Origin: Octopus sinensis
Taxonomy: Eukaryota
Direction of reading: 5' to 3'
Length of the DNA: 64,000 bases
Assembly: GCF_006345805.1 (NCBI RefSeq)
Contig: NC_043014.1
Span: forward strand, 22,072,001 to 22,136,000
The notes beneath the pieces were generated by a model. The model was given only the letters and a program-made list of their open reading frames with translations, was not told the origin of the DNA and made no database searches. Of the stretch, positions 24,985-38,477 are shown one piece after another (the first letter of the stretch is position 1; each line of letters starts with the position of its first letter). Made by a program: the position numbers and the translations under genes.

Positions 24985-27900
24985 GATTTGATTTTGATTT
25001 TGATTTTTCTAGTTTCAGCTAATGAGCTGTGGCCATGCTGGGGCACCGCCATTTGGTTTGCTACACGATTTTACCTCACGGATGCTTTTTAGCAAACGCC
25101 ATCTGATGCATGAGAGAGTTCGATGCAGCTGCCCTCATCTGCACCTCCTGGCGTGAAGTTGGTTCATCCGGGACACCTGACAGGAAGAGATCCAGTCCTA
25201 CTTTAAAGACATCCGCATCCACACCATGCAGGTCCCTCAGGTTCTTTGGGAGGATATTGAAGAGCTGTGGGCCTCTGAAGCCCAGGTTATCACAGTATCT
25301 TGTCCTACATCTTGATGGCAAATTTGGAGTCCTTGGTACTACGCAGTGGCGTCCGGTTCTGGCATTTGTGTGACTCTCGATGCCAAAGTCTGGGACAAGT
25401 CCTTCCAGGATCTTCCAGATATATATTATGGCATATCTTTCTCGCCTACGCTCCAGGGAATAGAGCTTTAATCTCTTGAGTCTTTCCCAGTAGCTCATAT
25501 GTTGCACAGAGGCTATCTTCTTCGTGTAGCTTCGTTGGATCGCCTCAAGTTCTGTGATCAACTTGACACTGGATGGTGACCATAGCTGAGAGCAATAGTC
25601 AAAGTGGCTTAGGATAAGTGTCTTCCAGAGGACCATCATGGTTTTTTGTTCTCTTGTTCTAAAGGTTCTAAGAATCCATCTAGCCAGCCGTCTACATTTC
25701 ATTGCCAGTTTAGCAACATGTACATGAAAGGTCGCGTCATCACTCATGTGAATACCCAGGTCACGCACTGATTGTGCCTCTGGGATTGCAATCCCTCCGG
25801 GTCCAGTGTATTCATTAGGTATTGCATTCAGTTTTGCATGCTGATAGTATAAAGCTTGAAACTTTTCAGCATTGAACTGCATGCTATTCTTTTCAGCCCA
25901 CTTCTATATTTCGTCCAGCTCACATTGCAGGTGCTTAGTGTCTTCAGGGTTCTGTATTGCCTGTGAAACTTTTGTATCATCTGCATAACTTGTGATCGTG
26001 GCTCTCTGCGTGGCTGAGGGCATGTCTGAGAGGGCCATTATGAACATTAGTGGTCCCAAAACAGTGCCCTGCGGAACACCGCTCACTATTTGCGTGCTAC
26101 CACCTGACTTCTATTCTTCAGAAGGTCATGAAGCCATTCTCCCAATTTTCCAACTATGCCAAGATCACGCAGTTTGTGACATATCATTCCATGATCGACT
26201 TTATCCAAGGCCTTTGCAAAGTCAAGATATATGACTTCCACTTTTGAGTGGTTGAGCAGTTGTTTCAGCACCCAGTCATAGTGTTGTAGGAGCTGAGTTA
26301 AGCAGCTTCTTCCAGGTCGGAAACCATGTTGGGTGTCAGGCAGCAAGTCATTTTCTTCAAGGAAGGTGATTAGTTTCCTTCTGACTATTCGTTCCATGAC
26401 CTTGCTGATGTGTGAGGTGAGAGAGATAGGTCTGTAGTTCTTGGCCTCTGCTCTGCTACCTCCTTTATGAATAGGGCATATTTTACCTTCCTTCAGTTTT
26501 TTTGGAAGTTTGCCAGCTGCAAGGAAGCTCTGAAAGAGGATCTGCAGTGGTCTTGCTAGGACTCTCTTACATACTTTTAGGAGGATTGCCGGGAATCCAT
26601 CGGGGCCAATAGCTGAGTCTGTTTTCATTTCATCTATGGCCTTTATTACATCGTCTTCCTTTATATCGATGTAATTTATCGTCGCCGCCTCTGATTTTAT
26701 ATCTGCAGTGGTAAAGAAGTCAGTTGGATTGCTGATTTGGAAATGCCCGAGGGGTGGAGTGAAAACACTCTTGAATTGCTCATTCAGTATTTCACTTACC
26801 CTCATTGGTTTTCCTGTAAGTGTGCCATCCTTTTCAAGGAGTGGCCCTATCCTACAGTGCACTGTAGCTGTTTCTTTGGCATACCTGTAGAAAGCTCTGG
26901 GGTTAGATTTTATGTTGTCTATAGCCCAGGCTTTTTTGTCTGCTCTTTCCTTTTCATGGGAGAGTTGCAGACATTTTTCAATTTCCAGCAGTTTTATTTT
27001 CAGGCGGGACTTTTCACTGCTTTCAATTTGTTTGTTTAGGCGATTTGAAATTTTTGTACGCCGTCTCATTAAAATTTTCCTCTCTCTGGGGATTTTGTTC
27101 TTGTGTACAGTGGCCTTTCTCTCTGGGACACATTTGTAGCATATGGCTTGCGTTACAGACATGAGTTGTTGAAGTTTCACGTCAATGTCTGGCGAGGAGA
27201 GACATTTAGGCCAGTTTTGTTTGAGGATCTCTTTCTCAATTTGTTTCCAGTTTGCCTTATGGTAGTTCAAGCTGGAAAGATTCTGAGGGTTTCTTGTAGG
27301 CTGCATGTCCGTGCTCTCTTTTGGCCCGTGCATGGTCAGCTCTACCATGTTGTGATCCGAGAGTAGTGTCGGTGTCACTTTCACATTATGGATGAGATCC
27401 ATATTATTTGTGAAGCAGAGATCCAGTATGTTACCTGCCCTAGTTGGTTGGAGTATTACTTGCTCCATGTACAGGGTGTTGATGAGGTTCAGGAGGGACC
27501 TCGCCTGTCCTCGTTCACATCTTGTCATTCCTGGGAGAGAAAGGCCCTCAGGCCATCTGACATTGGGTAGATTGAAGTCTCCCATGAGAAGTACACTTAT
27601 GTGTTGTTCTAATGTGATTAGAACTTCTATTTTTATAAGGCAGTCTTCGAACTTGCCTACATGGCTTGGGGCATCTGGAGGGCGATATGTAGCACACACA
27701 ACTACATCAAGTTGCCTTATGTGTACAATTAGTGTGTCACACACCGAGTTTGAGTATGACAAGAGGACCTGGGGTGTGAGGTCCTCACGGATGTACATAG
27801 CAACTCCTCCATGACTCCTTTCTTTTCTGTCGGTCCGTAGTACAACATACTGTGGTATGTGTAATTCCGCATCTGCTATGTCCGGTTTCAGGTGCGTTTC

Positions 27901-28310
27901 CGTGAGTGCTATGCATAAGGCTTGATTGCATGCGACAAAGTCTCTCAAGAACGGGATTTTTGTCCTGTTACTGAGTGTTTGCAGTCCTCTGATGTTCAGT
28001 AGGAGCATCGAGGTGAGGTGTATGTTGTTGCCGGCGGTGTCCATCTTGGGTCTGTTTGCTGTGGTGGTCTTGTATATTGTGGGTAGTCCCACCTGCGAGC
28101 TTGGGTTTGATGAAGCCAGGTCAGCTGCTGTACAATCTTTTGTGCCATGCACAAAAAAGATTCTTGCTCAGCAGCTGCCCTTTCAACAACATCATGTTGG
28201 CGGTTTGTGGCACGCACCACATCTGCGTACCTCCGTTTTGGGGCAGGTGGTGCGTGGTCCATCCCTTATGTATTTTATATAGGCATTAGATTTGACAGAA
28301 TAATCTGAAT
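24985..28310 (-). mobile_element. CR1/L2-group LINE, 5'-truncated within ORF1, ORF2 nearly complete
   Basis: APE endonuclease (LNIRGL, ETHL, GDFN, SDHN) and RT (YRPISLTS, QHGF, DFAKALD, SGVPQGTVLGP, YADD); tail repeat (AAATCA)n. Confidence 0.95.
25076..28110 (-). pseudogene. LINE ORF2 (APE + RT) with one frameshifting deletion and one premature stop
   Basis: Deletion near 26095 and TAG at 25904-25906; the second copy has the missing bases and TAC there. Confidence 0.9.
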
Positions 28311-29856
28311 GCTAAAAGGTTAAACTTCTAAACTGCTCAGTGGAGCTACCCGTACCAATACTGAGAGATCATGAAATCGGTTAAACCACCGCAAGTTCAA
28401 TCTCAGCAAATTTCAGATTTAAAATTATACAGCCACAACAAACATGGAAAGCAGAAGTGAAATAAGACGTTGAGTCTCTCAACGATACTGGGAGTGGGGG
28501 GGGGCATTGTTGGTGTCCAAACTAAAATTGCATTTTCTCACAAAGTTATGAAGCTACTCAGCCGTAATGAAGAAAATAGACGACACCATTAGAAACAACT
28601 TTTTCGATAATTTATTAATATAAATCAATGAGAAGGAAAATGATCAAACAGATGGCGGTGTTTAATCCTTTTGATACCAAATCGCTCGAGACCAAACTTT
28701 GTTCTGTTATACAAAAACCTCTCATTTTAAAGTGTTCATATTTAAATTAAAATCTTCCATTATAATTTTAATACCATCTTATTAAGTTATATCCCAAACA
28801 CAGTTTAACGACAAAATTAAATATTTTACTAAATCTCTCTGAAATTAATTGAAACACACTGATGGTGTATTTCTTTAGAAATATGGCCACGAATGAGATA
28901 TCTAAAATAGGACAGATTTCCTGATAATATTGAAGGCAAAATGTAGCTAAAAGAGGGGGGAAAGTAGACAGTAATGTGTAGTAGAGAGAATAACCACAAC
29001 TGGGACAATAGCAGAACTGTTAAGTAGATCGCTGAATGAGATAGGCTACATTATTTAGTTACGTTTCTTTACGTTTTGAGTTCAAATGCATCTTGGGAAG
29101 ACTTTATAATTCCCCCTTCCTTGGTTGAAGCTATGTATCACTCAAATACTTGATCAGAATAGTCGATTATACCTTTACTCCAAACGAGCCTTCTGACTGT
29201 GTCCGAAATCAATATTGCTTTTAAAGAGTTGTTAGGAAGGAAAATAAGATTCAAATGACAGCGTAAAACAGAGAGCATATCTACATTTGGAGTCGATTAT
29301 CTCGCAACTGATGTTATAAACGTACACGTGCATATAGCACAAAGAAAACAACAACAAAAACAAAAAAAAAGGAACTAGTGCAGTTAAAGGGAGACAAAGG
29401 AAAGTTAGCATGGCAGAGTTTGCCGCCATAATATAGAGCTAGATTTTCTGACGAATATCCAACATTGAGATTAATTAATGTGGTGACACACTTCAACAGG
29501 GAACCATATCAAATTTGCTATAATTACTTTCTATACTTAGCCAGTTTTTCATTACTATTACTTTAATGATGATGGTGGTGATTATGGTTTTCTTTTTTGA
29601 TAATTGCTATATGTAAATGTCGACATGATAGAGTTCCTAAATGTAAACAGCCTGAGGACGCTAACTGGATAGACAGACGCTGCGCAAACGAGATAGACAA
29701 TATGTAGATACAGACTTCATAGAGAGACAGTGTATAGATTTTGACTGAATAGACAGACATGGTTGGTCGATGTTGACGAGATAGATAGACGTAGTGTGTA
29801 GATGTTGATAAAGCAGATACTGTGAGTAGGTGTTGGCTGTGTAGATAGATATTGAT

Positions 29857-30066
29857 TTCAAATTTTAGCACAAGGCCAACAGTTTCGGGGTAGGGGCTGA
29901 GTCGATTAAATTGACCCCTGTGCTCAACTGGTACCTATTTTATCAACTCGGAAGGGTGAAAGACAAAGTTGACCCCGGTGGCATTTGAACCCAGAACGAA
30001 AAAACGGACGAACTGCCGCTAATTATTTTGCAAGGTGTGCTAACGATTCTGCCAGTTCGCCGCCTA
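29857..30066 (-). mobile_element. SINE family B copy
   Basis: Reverse complement of the 14250-14467 consensus. Confidence 0.75.
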
Positions 30067-30325
30067 ATTGGCTGCATAGATACAGTCTAGTCAGATAGAC
30101 ACAGTGGATAGATGTTGACTGAATAGCTAGGTTGAGTGGATAGATTTTGACTGGATGAATGGGTAATGTGTAGATCAGGCATGAACATCTTTTTCGAAAA
30201 ACGGATCGCATGGAATATGACGTATCACCAGGCGGGTCACACTGCTAAAAAATTCAAGGGAATTTTTTATTCAGGCGTACCATTAAGAAAGTCTCATATA
30301 TTGTATAGATTTTGACCAAATAGAT

Positions 30326-30525
30326 CAGTGGTTCCCAACGGGGTCCATACGGGGATCTGTTCAATTTGGTCCACAGATTTTTTGATTATTTTTTTTAACT
30401 AAACAGTTTGAAACTTCGTATACTGGTGTAATTTCTCATGCAGAACACCGTTTACTTTGAACATTTTTGACAAAATTTCGTATTTTAGAAATTATTTCGT
30501 GTTAAAGTTGACGTGTTTGGGTAAT
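30326..30525. mobile_element. hAT-like MITE fragment (one end)
   Basis: Begins CAGTGGTTCCCAAC, a typical hAT terminus; partner TIR not found. Confidence 0.35.
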
Positions 30526-30851
30526 TTTAATCAATCAACGACATAGTGTAGATATTGATCGTGTACGTAGACACAAGTAGAATGAGAACTCCGTCAATGT
30601 TGCTGATGCTGATCACGACAACAACGAAGAGAATGAGGAGGATACGATGAAGCGGAAGAGGATGATGACGGAGGATGAAGCATCTCACCTCCATATCTAC
30701 GACGAACGTTTCGGTTCTGCCTTTATTATTTAGTGTGTCTGAAAATTCCACAAGGTACAATAACGTACACTCGTGCAGAGAAAGAGAGTAGCAGACAGAC
30801 AGACAGACAGACAGACAGAAAGAGAAATGAGGACGGGAGAGAGAGAGAGAG

Positions 30852-30882
<31 letters not shown>

Positions 30883-31623
30883 GCTCATGCATGGCAATGT
30901 CATTAAAAAGTTCGCTTCGAAACCACATACTTTCAGGTTCGGTCCCACTGCGCTGAACATTGGACAAGTCATCTATTACAGCTCCAGACAAACTAATGGC
31001 TTGTGAGTAGATTTGGTAGTTGGAAATTGTGTAGAGGTCAGTCATACATACATACATACATACATACATGGTGGCTGCCCCCTCGTTATCGAGTATGGCC
31101 ATTGCACGAAGCGTAATCAATGTTGTTATCGTGCAATGCCTGTGCATGAAGATTGTTTTTTAAGTGAGGAAAGGCAGTGCATTGAGTCAATCCCACTCAC
31201 TAAGCAACAGCAGCCATAATCCGAAAAGAAGAACAAGTCAACATCATCGGTAACCACTGAGCCGCAGGTTTTTTGTCGGAGTTGTCCCAGTTACCTGAGT
31301 TACCTTCTCCTAGAAGGATGCCCTAACAAAGGCTAGGAGTCCTTCACTCCCAATGGTTTAACTGCACGATCGGGTATTCAGTCCGATTATTTCTATGTCC
31401 CTTAAGACATTTATTGGATGGCCGTTGACTCTCAAGAGTTCCTCCGCCCTTTGACGGGTTTTGTTTTTCATCCCGCAGGGTGTCCAATAAACACCCTCCT
31501 CACCAAGCAAGCATACATACATACATACATACATACATACATACATACATACATACATACATACATACACACATACATACATACATACATACATACATAA
31601 TACATACATACATACATACATAC

Positions 31624-32582
31624 ATATGCGCGCGCGTGTGTATTTTTCACCGCTCGACGACCGGTGTTGGTTTGTCTACGTCTTCGTAACTTAAGCTCTT
31701 TGGCAAAATCAAAGTGATGTTAAAGTGATTTCAGCTGAGAGGTTTTCTCTCTTGTTCTTAGCATGTTATTACCAATTCTTTGTGGAAAATGTACAAATCA
31801 TAAAAGAGAGCAACAGCCAGCATTTAACTCTTTCTCCAAATATTTGATATTTGAATGTAAGCTTTGAAAAATAGCATTCAAATCTTCTCTTTCACTGAAC
31901 AATTTAAGTGAATGAATAAAGTACAGTTTGCATGGTACTACTTATGTTAACTGGTACCATTGTCTAGAAGCATTTCTATTGTCTACCATATCACATCTAA
32001 GATAATAAAAACTTATGACAATAGGGAGTTGATCCCCGGACATGGTATAGGCGATTCTGGATTTTTAGCCATCGACAATGATTACTTTGTTTTTTTAGTC
32101 CATTGATATTTTTTAAACGTAGCTTCAAATATGTTTGTTATATTTGAGTTGCCAACAAGTTATATATTGATAAAATCATCAACAAAGAGAGATCTACGGG
32201 ACAGCCCTCACCAGACAGCGTAGCCATTTCCTTCTTGCAGAAATAAATTATAAAATCCATCATAAAACTTCAGACATAGTGAGTGTACGTCTATATTTTG
32301 AGAGAGCAGTGTGTGATCAGAGGTTATTTGGCTATTGTTTCTTGCAAGTCGTTCAATGACTTCATTGGCTCGATATGGCTGGATGTTTTACCTATGGATA
32401 TGTGCGTATATATTTGTTTATGCGTATGGCTGTACTATGTTTATTATGTAAAAATGGGTATGCATGTATATATGTGTGTACGTGTATATGTGTGTTTGTG
32501 TGCATGAATATGCATGCATATATCAGTATATGTGTCTACTTGTGTGTGCATACATACATACATACATACATACATACATACA

Positions 32583-32613
<31 letters not shown>

Positions 32614-33536
32614 GCGCGCGCGTGTGTATTTTTCACCGCTCGACGACCGGTGTTGGTTTGTCTACGTCTTCGTAACTTAAGCTCTTTGGCAAAATCAAAG
32701 TGATGTTAAAGTGATTTCAGCTGAGAGGTTTTCTCTCTTGTTCTTAGCATGTTATTACCAATTCTTTGTGGAAAATGTACAAATCATAAAAGAGAGCAAC
32801 AGCCAGCATTTAACTCTTTCTCCAAATATTTGATATTTGAATGTAAGCTTTGAAAAATAGCATTCAAATCTTCTCTTTCACTGAACAATTTAAGTGAATG
32901 AATAAAGTACAGTTTGCATGGTACTACTTATGTTAACTGGTACCATTGTCTAGAAGCATTTCTATTGTCTACCATATCACATCTAAGATAATAAAAACTT
33001 ATGACAATAGGGAGTTGATCCCCGGACATGGTATAGGCGATTCTGGATTTTTAGCCATCGACAATGATTACTTTGTTTTTTTAGTCCATTGATATTTTTT
33101 AAACGTAGCTTCAAATATGTTTGTTATATTTGAGTTGCCAACAAGTTATATATTGATAAAATCATCAACAAAGAGAGATCTACGGGACAGCCCTCACCAG
33201 ACAGCGTAGCCATTTCCTTCTTGCAGAAATAAATTATAAAATCCATCATAAAACTTCAGACATAGTGAGTGTACGTCTATATTTTGAGAGAGCAGTGTGT
33301 GATCAGAGGTTATTTGGCTATTGTTTCTTGCAAGTCGTTCAATGACTTCATTGGCTCGATATGGCTGGATGTTTTACCTATGGATATGTGCGTATATATT
33401 TGTTTATGCGTATGGCTGTACTATGTTTATTATGTAAAAATGGGTATGCATGTATATATGTGTGTACGTGTATATGTGTGTTTGTGTGCATGAATATGCA
33501 TGCATATATCAGTATATGTGTCTACTTGTGTGTGCA
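31624..33536. repeat. 986-bp tandem duplication with breakpoints in (TACA)n
   Basis: 31624-32550 repeats at 32610-33536; no differences found by eye. Confidence 0.95.
32241..32278 (+). other. Candidate 38-nt exon (duplicate at 33227-33264)
   Basis: Acceptor CCATTTCCTTCTTGCAG, donor GTGAGT; one open frame INYKIHHKTSDI; no transcript evidence. Confidence 0.3.
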
Positions 33537-33568
<32 letters not shown>

Positions 33569-34229
33569 CATACATATACATGCACACACAAATAGAAACA
33601 CACACACACACACACACATGATGTTTCAATGAATCTGTGTTCAGTCTAATATATCTCACCCTCAACCTGAACAACTCTTCCTCACTCCTACCCACTTATC
33701 ATAAATAATGTCGTTTTCTCTCTCCTTCTCCTTCCACCCCTCTCTCTCTCTCTGTTAAGTATTCTCCCTTTATCATTTCTCTCATACTCAAATACTGTCT
33801 ACTTCACCCTCTTAGTCTTTCTTTCTGAACTAATAAATATTACTTAGAAGAAATGAAAGGTTTTCTTTTATCTCACAGTCTTTCCATTTCTCCATCTTTC
33901 TTTCTTACCCCTCTTTCTCCTCTCTCTCTCTCTCCCTCTTTGTCTTACTTTCTCTCTCCAACTCTTGTCGATTTTACTCTCTTGTCCTATCTCCATTTCT
34001 TACTTTCTCATTCTCCTCTTTCCCTCTCTCTCAGGCGACTTGCTGTTATTTCAAGCGGAGTATAAGATTTACCTCCCTTGACTCTCCTTCAATGACCTCA
34101 CCGAGTTGCTGACCTCATTCCAACAGACCAACTAAAACTGTCCGCATCCAACCATTCAACTGTTGGTAAGCTCATTACAGACTTTGCTTACATCTTCTTG
34201 CATCTCTTTACCCCCTCCTCTTGCTCACA

Positions 34230-34590
34230 CTCCAAACTCTTTACCACTACAACCATCGCCACCGTCGCCACCACCTTCCTTACCATCATTGTTGTTGTAA
34301 TTGTTTTTGTTATGATTATTAACATCATCATCATCCAGTTTCACCTCAATCCCAACGGATCGATCTTTCGATTTTGCTACCACCACCACCACCACCACCA
34401 CCGTCGCCGCCGTCGCCGCTGCGGCCATCACCATCACCACCACCGCCGCTGACACCACCACCGCTGACACCCCACCCCACCACTGTTACTATCATGGTAG
34501 CCACCACTGTATCTACGATCATCACCACCACCACCTCCAAATCTACCACTACAACTACCACCTTCGCCACCATCACCACCACTATGCTGG
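34230..34590. repeat. (CAC/CAT/CGC)n low-complexity tract
   Basis: Directly visible; explains poly-P, poly-T and poly-V ORFs. Confidence 0.85.
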
Positions 34591-35439
34591 TACCTCTATC
34601 ACCATATTCAATGAAAGTCAGCACTCACTAATAATCATCCCATTATTTTCATTGAAGAAATTGTTGCTTCGAAATCGATTTTCTATTCATTCTTAATATT
34701 AATCCATTAATCCGTTAATCTGTTCTATCCAGTATTTTTTAATTATTTGAATTGTTGCTATAAAGAAGGAATTTTAAAACAAAGAAGCACATCTTCATCG
34801 CTAGAATTTAGATTAAAATGATGAAGGGCTCAATGTGGAACTTTAGAAGTGTCTTCTATATCATTATTGTTAACATTTGTGAAAAGCGTGTTAGCTGGTT
34901 ACTTTCTTAACCCGAAAAACCTGCCGAATGGTGTGTGTGTGTGTGTGTGTGTTTGTGTGTGTGTGATATGAGTGATGTCTTCACAGCCTGGAGGTTTAGA
35001 CGCATTCATATATCTTTTTGTTGATCAGGTATTTAGTAGCTATCTCTTATTCTTGGACAGTAAAGGCATAAGCTTCTTATGCCTTTACTGGGATGGTGGT
35101 GGTGGTAGCAAAATCGAAAGGTGAGACATGTACTTAACACAGGTCCAAAAGCTACTATTCCTCTCAGTGTTGTTGGGATTCTCTAGCTTGTGGAATATGT
35201 ATTCACGCATAACTTTCTGCTCGTATGATGAGTATTTCTCTTCCAGGTTTCTGTTAAATAAGTCAGCTCAACTACCCTTGGTTTGTATGGAACAGTTGTA
35301 CACTCAGCGTATCTATTCAGGAGTTCTTCACCGAATTATTTGTTATGTTGTGTGATATACCCATTTCTCCTTTAACTGTTCAGTATGATGCGGTTCTCAA
35401 AAACCGTCTGGACCGATCTTAATGCTTCTCCCTCTAGAT

Positions 35440-35745
35440 CAGTGATTTTCCAAAGTGAGGCATACGCCCCACCGGTGGGGCTCAGGAAAATTATAGTGGT
35501 ATGTTGTGCTGCTGTTGCCAGGCACAAGATTCTCATTAAAGTGATTTCCTTTTTTTCTTCTTAGTCAGTAACGTGCATTTTTGTTCTTAGTGCTTAATAA
35601 AAAGAGTTACCTGTAGATTTTTTGTATTAAATAATTGTTATAGAATATTAAAAAATAAAGTCGTTTTTTTTTCAACCACTGGTTGGGCATACATTTTTGT
35701 GGAAAGTTATAGAGGGGCCTGGTGGGAATATGTTGAGAAAGACTG
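35440..35745. mobile_element. hAT (Charlie-like) MITE
   Basis: Imperfect TIRs CAGTGATTTTCCAA / TTGAGAAAGACTG; 8-bp flanks CTCTAGAT and ATCTAGAC share the TCTAGA target core. Confidence 0.7.
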
Positions 35746-35749
35746 ATCT

Positions 35750-35975
35750 AGACCCTGTCAGTTTCACTGTCGATGATGAAGTTATTAGTTACTTCCTAGT
35801 CCTGATGTCCAAGCTGCAGATTTCTTCAAGTGCCCAGTCTAGTACTCCAAATATTGGTGCTAGCACTGTCACTTCAAAAGCATAGTGGGATATAGTTTTA
35901 TTGACAGCAGACAACTCTGACTTCCATACCTTCCAAATTCTGCTGAAGTACTCTTTTATCACTCTAGCTTTACTC
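35750..35975 (-). mobile_element. R4/Dong-like RT C-terminal fragment
   Basis: Translation RIWKVWKSELSAVNK...VLAPIFGVLDWALEEICSLDIRTRK. Confidence 0.55.
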
Positions 35976-36741
35976 GCAGCATCACCTTAGCTTTGCTCAC
36001 AGGACTGCAATATTATCCTTGATTCCAAAGTATTTGTAACATCCATCACTTGTAATACGCGAAATAGGCAAACCATTGATGTCCATATTTTCTGTCTGGT
36101 CGCTGGTCGCCAATCTTTTCTCATTTCACTATCAAATATGAACTCTTGTCCTGACCAAACTTCATTCCTATGATGCATGAAAATGTTATGACCAGTTCTG
36201 TCTCATGGTGTCATAAATATTACTTGAAGACAGTGTTAGGTCAAAAACAAAAAATGGTGTGGATGACATTAGTCTTCCTTTCATCGGTAATTTCAATCAT
36301 GTAGGCTTTGTATATCCTTGACAAGGCTGACTGCTAGAACAAAAAGCATTAAGATAAGCTGTTACTCTGAAATATTCCTTCTGGTAGTCTAATTCTGTTA
36401 GTGATTGTGGGAGCGTCAGTTCTTATTAATAGCTCTGTGTACAATGTTGCTGTCAGCCTGTACCAAAGAATTTTTCGAATGTTAATACTTATAGTATTGA
36501 CTTCAGAAGAATTATTCGACGTAGCTCCAGACACCTTTCATTCCTCCTCGTTGCTTCCTTCTCACTACATTGTGTGTTTCGCAGTGATCCTGGAGGGATG
36601 CATCCAAATAAACTTTATATAATTTATACATCAAATTCAAATATGGGATGGGCTAATAGTTTTTGGCCACATGCGTCTCGCGGTTTTTAGCTGCTAGTAT
36701 TGTACGCACAACTGCAAACCAGTCTGAAACATCGATCTCAG

Positions 36742-37875
36742 CATGTATGTATGTATGTATGTATGCATTATGTATGCATGTATGTATGTATGTATGTATG
36801 TATGTATGTATGCATTATGTATGCATGTATGTATGTATGTATGTATGTATGTATGTATGTATGTATGTATGCATTATGTATGTATGTATGTATGCATTAT
36901 GTATGTATGTATGTATGTATGTATGTGTGTATGTATGTATGTATGTATGTATGTGTGTATGTATGTCTGTATGTATGTATGTGTGTGTATATGTGTGTAT
37001 GTATGTATGTATGTATGTGTGTATGTATGTATGAAGTATGTATGTATGTGGGTGTGTATGTGTGTGTATGTATGTATGTTTTATGTATGTATATATTATG
37101 TATGCATGTATGTGTGTATATGTGTATGTATGCATGTATGTATGTATGTATGTATGCGTGTGTGTGTGTATGTGTGTATGTATGCATACTCCTGGGTATG
37201 ACTTCAAACTGCATCCAATAGTGAGGCCCTGGTATGAGAGTTCCAAGGTTTTGAGGCGTGTAGAACTACCTCTTAGCCACAATTGTTCCTAGATCTACCC
37301 CGACCCAGAGTAATAGCACCTTTTAGTGTCCCAGTTATGGGTTAATTAGCATGTGAACCACTGGATGAGAAGATCACCTACATCCCATTCTAACATCCTT
37401 CTCGTATAAAATATCTGAACTATAGTCAGTTTCTAGTCGTCTCAACCGCTGTTGTGCCACTGGTTTATATAGCTGATTGCTCTGAAACGTGGGTTCAGTG
37501 CTATGCGACGTTTTATCTACTCAAAACAAATTCCCGCACAGGAATTTCTTGGACTCCCGGAATGTTTGCATGGACTTACTGATTTTAGGAAGTGGTCTTA
37601 CTCGGTCAGGAGTTGACTTCCACCATGTATGTATGTATGTATGTATGTATGTATGTATGTATGTATGTATGTATGTATGTATGTATGTATGTATGTATGT
37701 ATGTATGTCTGTCTGTCTGTATGTATGTCTGTCTGTCTGTCTGTATGTATGTATGTATGTCTGTCTGTATGTATGTCTGTCTGTCTGTCTGTCTGTCTGT
37801 ATGTGTGTATGTATGTATGTATGTATGTATGTGTATGCGTGCGTGTGTATGTATACATGTTTATATGCATGTTTG
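36742..37875. repeat. Two long (TATG)n/(TCTG)n microsatellite arrays (36742-37185, 37626-37875)
   Basis: Directly visible. Confidence 0.95.
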
Positions 37876-38204
37876 AATGTATGTAATGTGTGTGTGTAGG
37901 CAGTCCCCTGCTTTCTAACTGGATGCGTTCTTGAAAATGGGCAGGTAAGTTGAATTTCCGAATCTTAAATTATTGAAGTATTCATTGATTGGGGAGGGAG
38001 GGGAGGGGCTTTTTCCACATGAATTACTCAGAATCTCTGGGGGAATGATGACATCCCGAAGATAAGGAGAAATAAGGAACATAAGGAACATTATGTTCCT
38101 TACATAAGGAACTTGATTTCCTTACAAAGTCATTTTATAATTTCCAATGATAAAATAAATTCATGACAAATGTGGAGAAATAAAAAACAATAAATGAATA
38201 TTGA

Positions 38205-38390
38205 ATTTTGGCACAAGACCAGCAATTTCGGGGGAAACGGGATTACATCAACCCCAGTGTTCAACGATCCCGAAAAGGATGAAAGGCAAAGTCGATCTCG
38301 GCAGAATTTGACCTCAGAAACGGACGAAATGCCGCTAAGCACTTTAGCTGGCGTGCTAACGGTTCTTCCGGTTCGTTGCCCTAATTTTAT
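38205..38390 (-). mobile_element. SINE family B copy with internal deletion
   Basis: GATCCCGAAAAGGATGAAAGGCAAAGTCGA...GAAATGCCGCTAAGCAC. Confidence 0.75.
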
Positions 38391-38477
38391 CAAATGAATA
38401 TTGATATGGCTATACATTTGTGCATTATAGATTAATTATATATTTTTGTTCAAAACTTATCAAGTGTTTGCCGAATA

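Larger units (their letters stand above)
29680..30560. repeat. Degenerate minisatellite (GATAGACACAGTGGATAGATGTTGACTGA-like) interrupted by insertions
   Basis: Units at 29680-29856, 30075-30180, 30300-30325 and 30535-30560. Confidence 0.6.
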
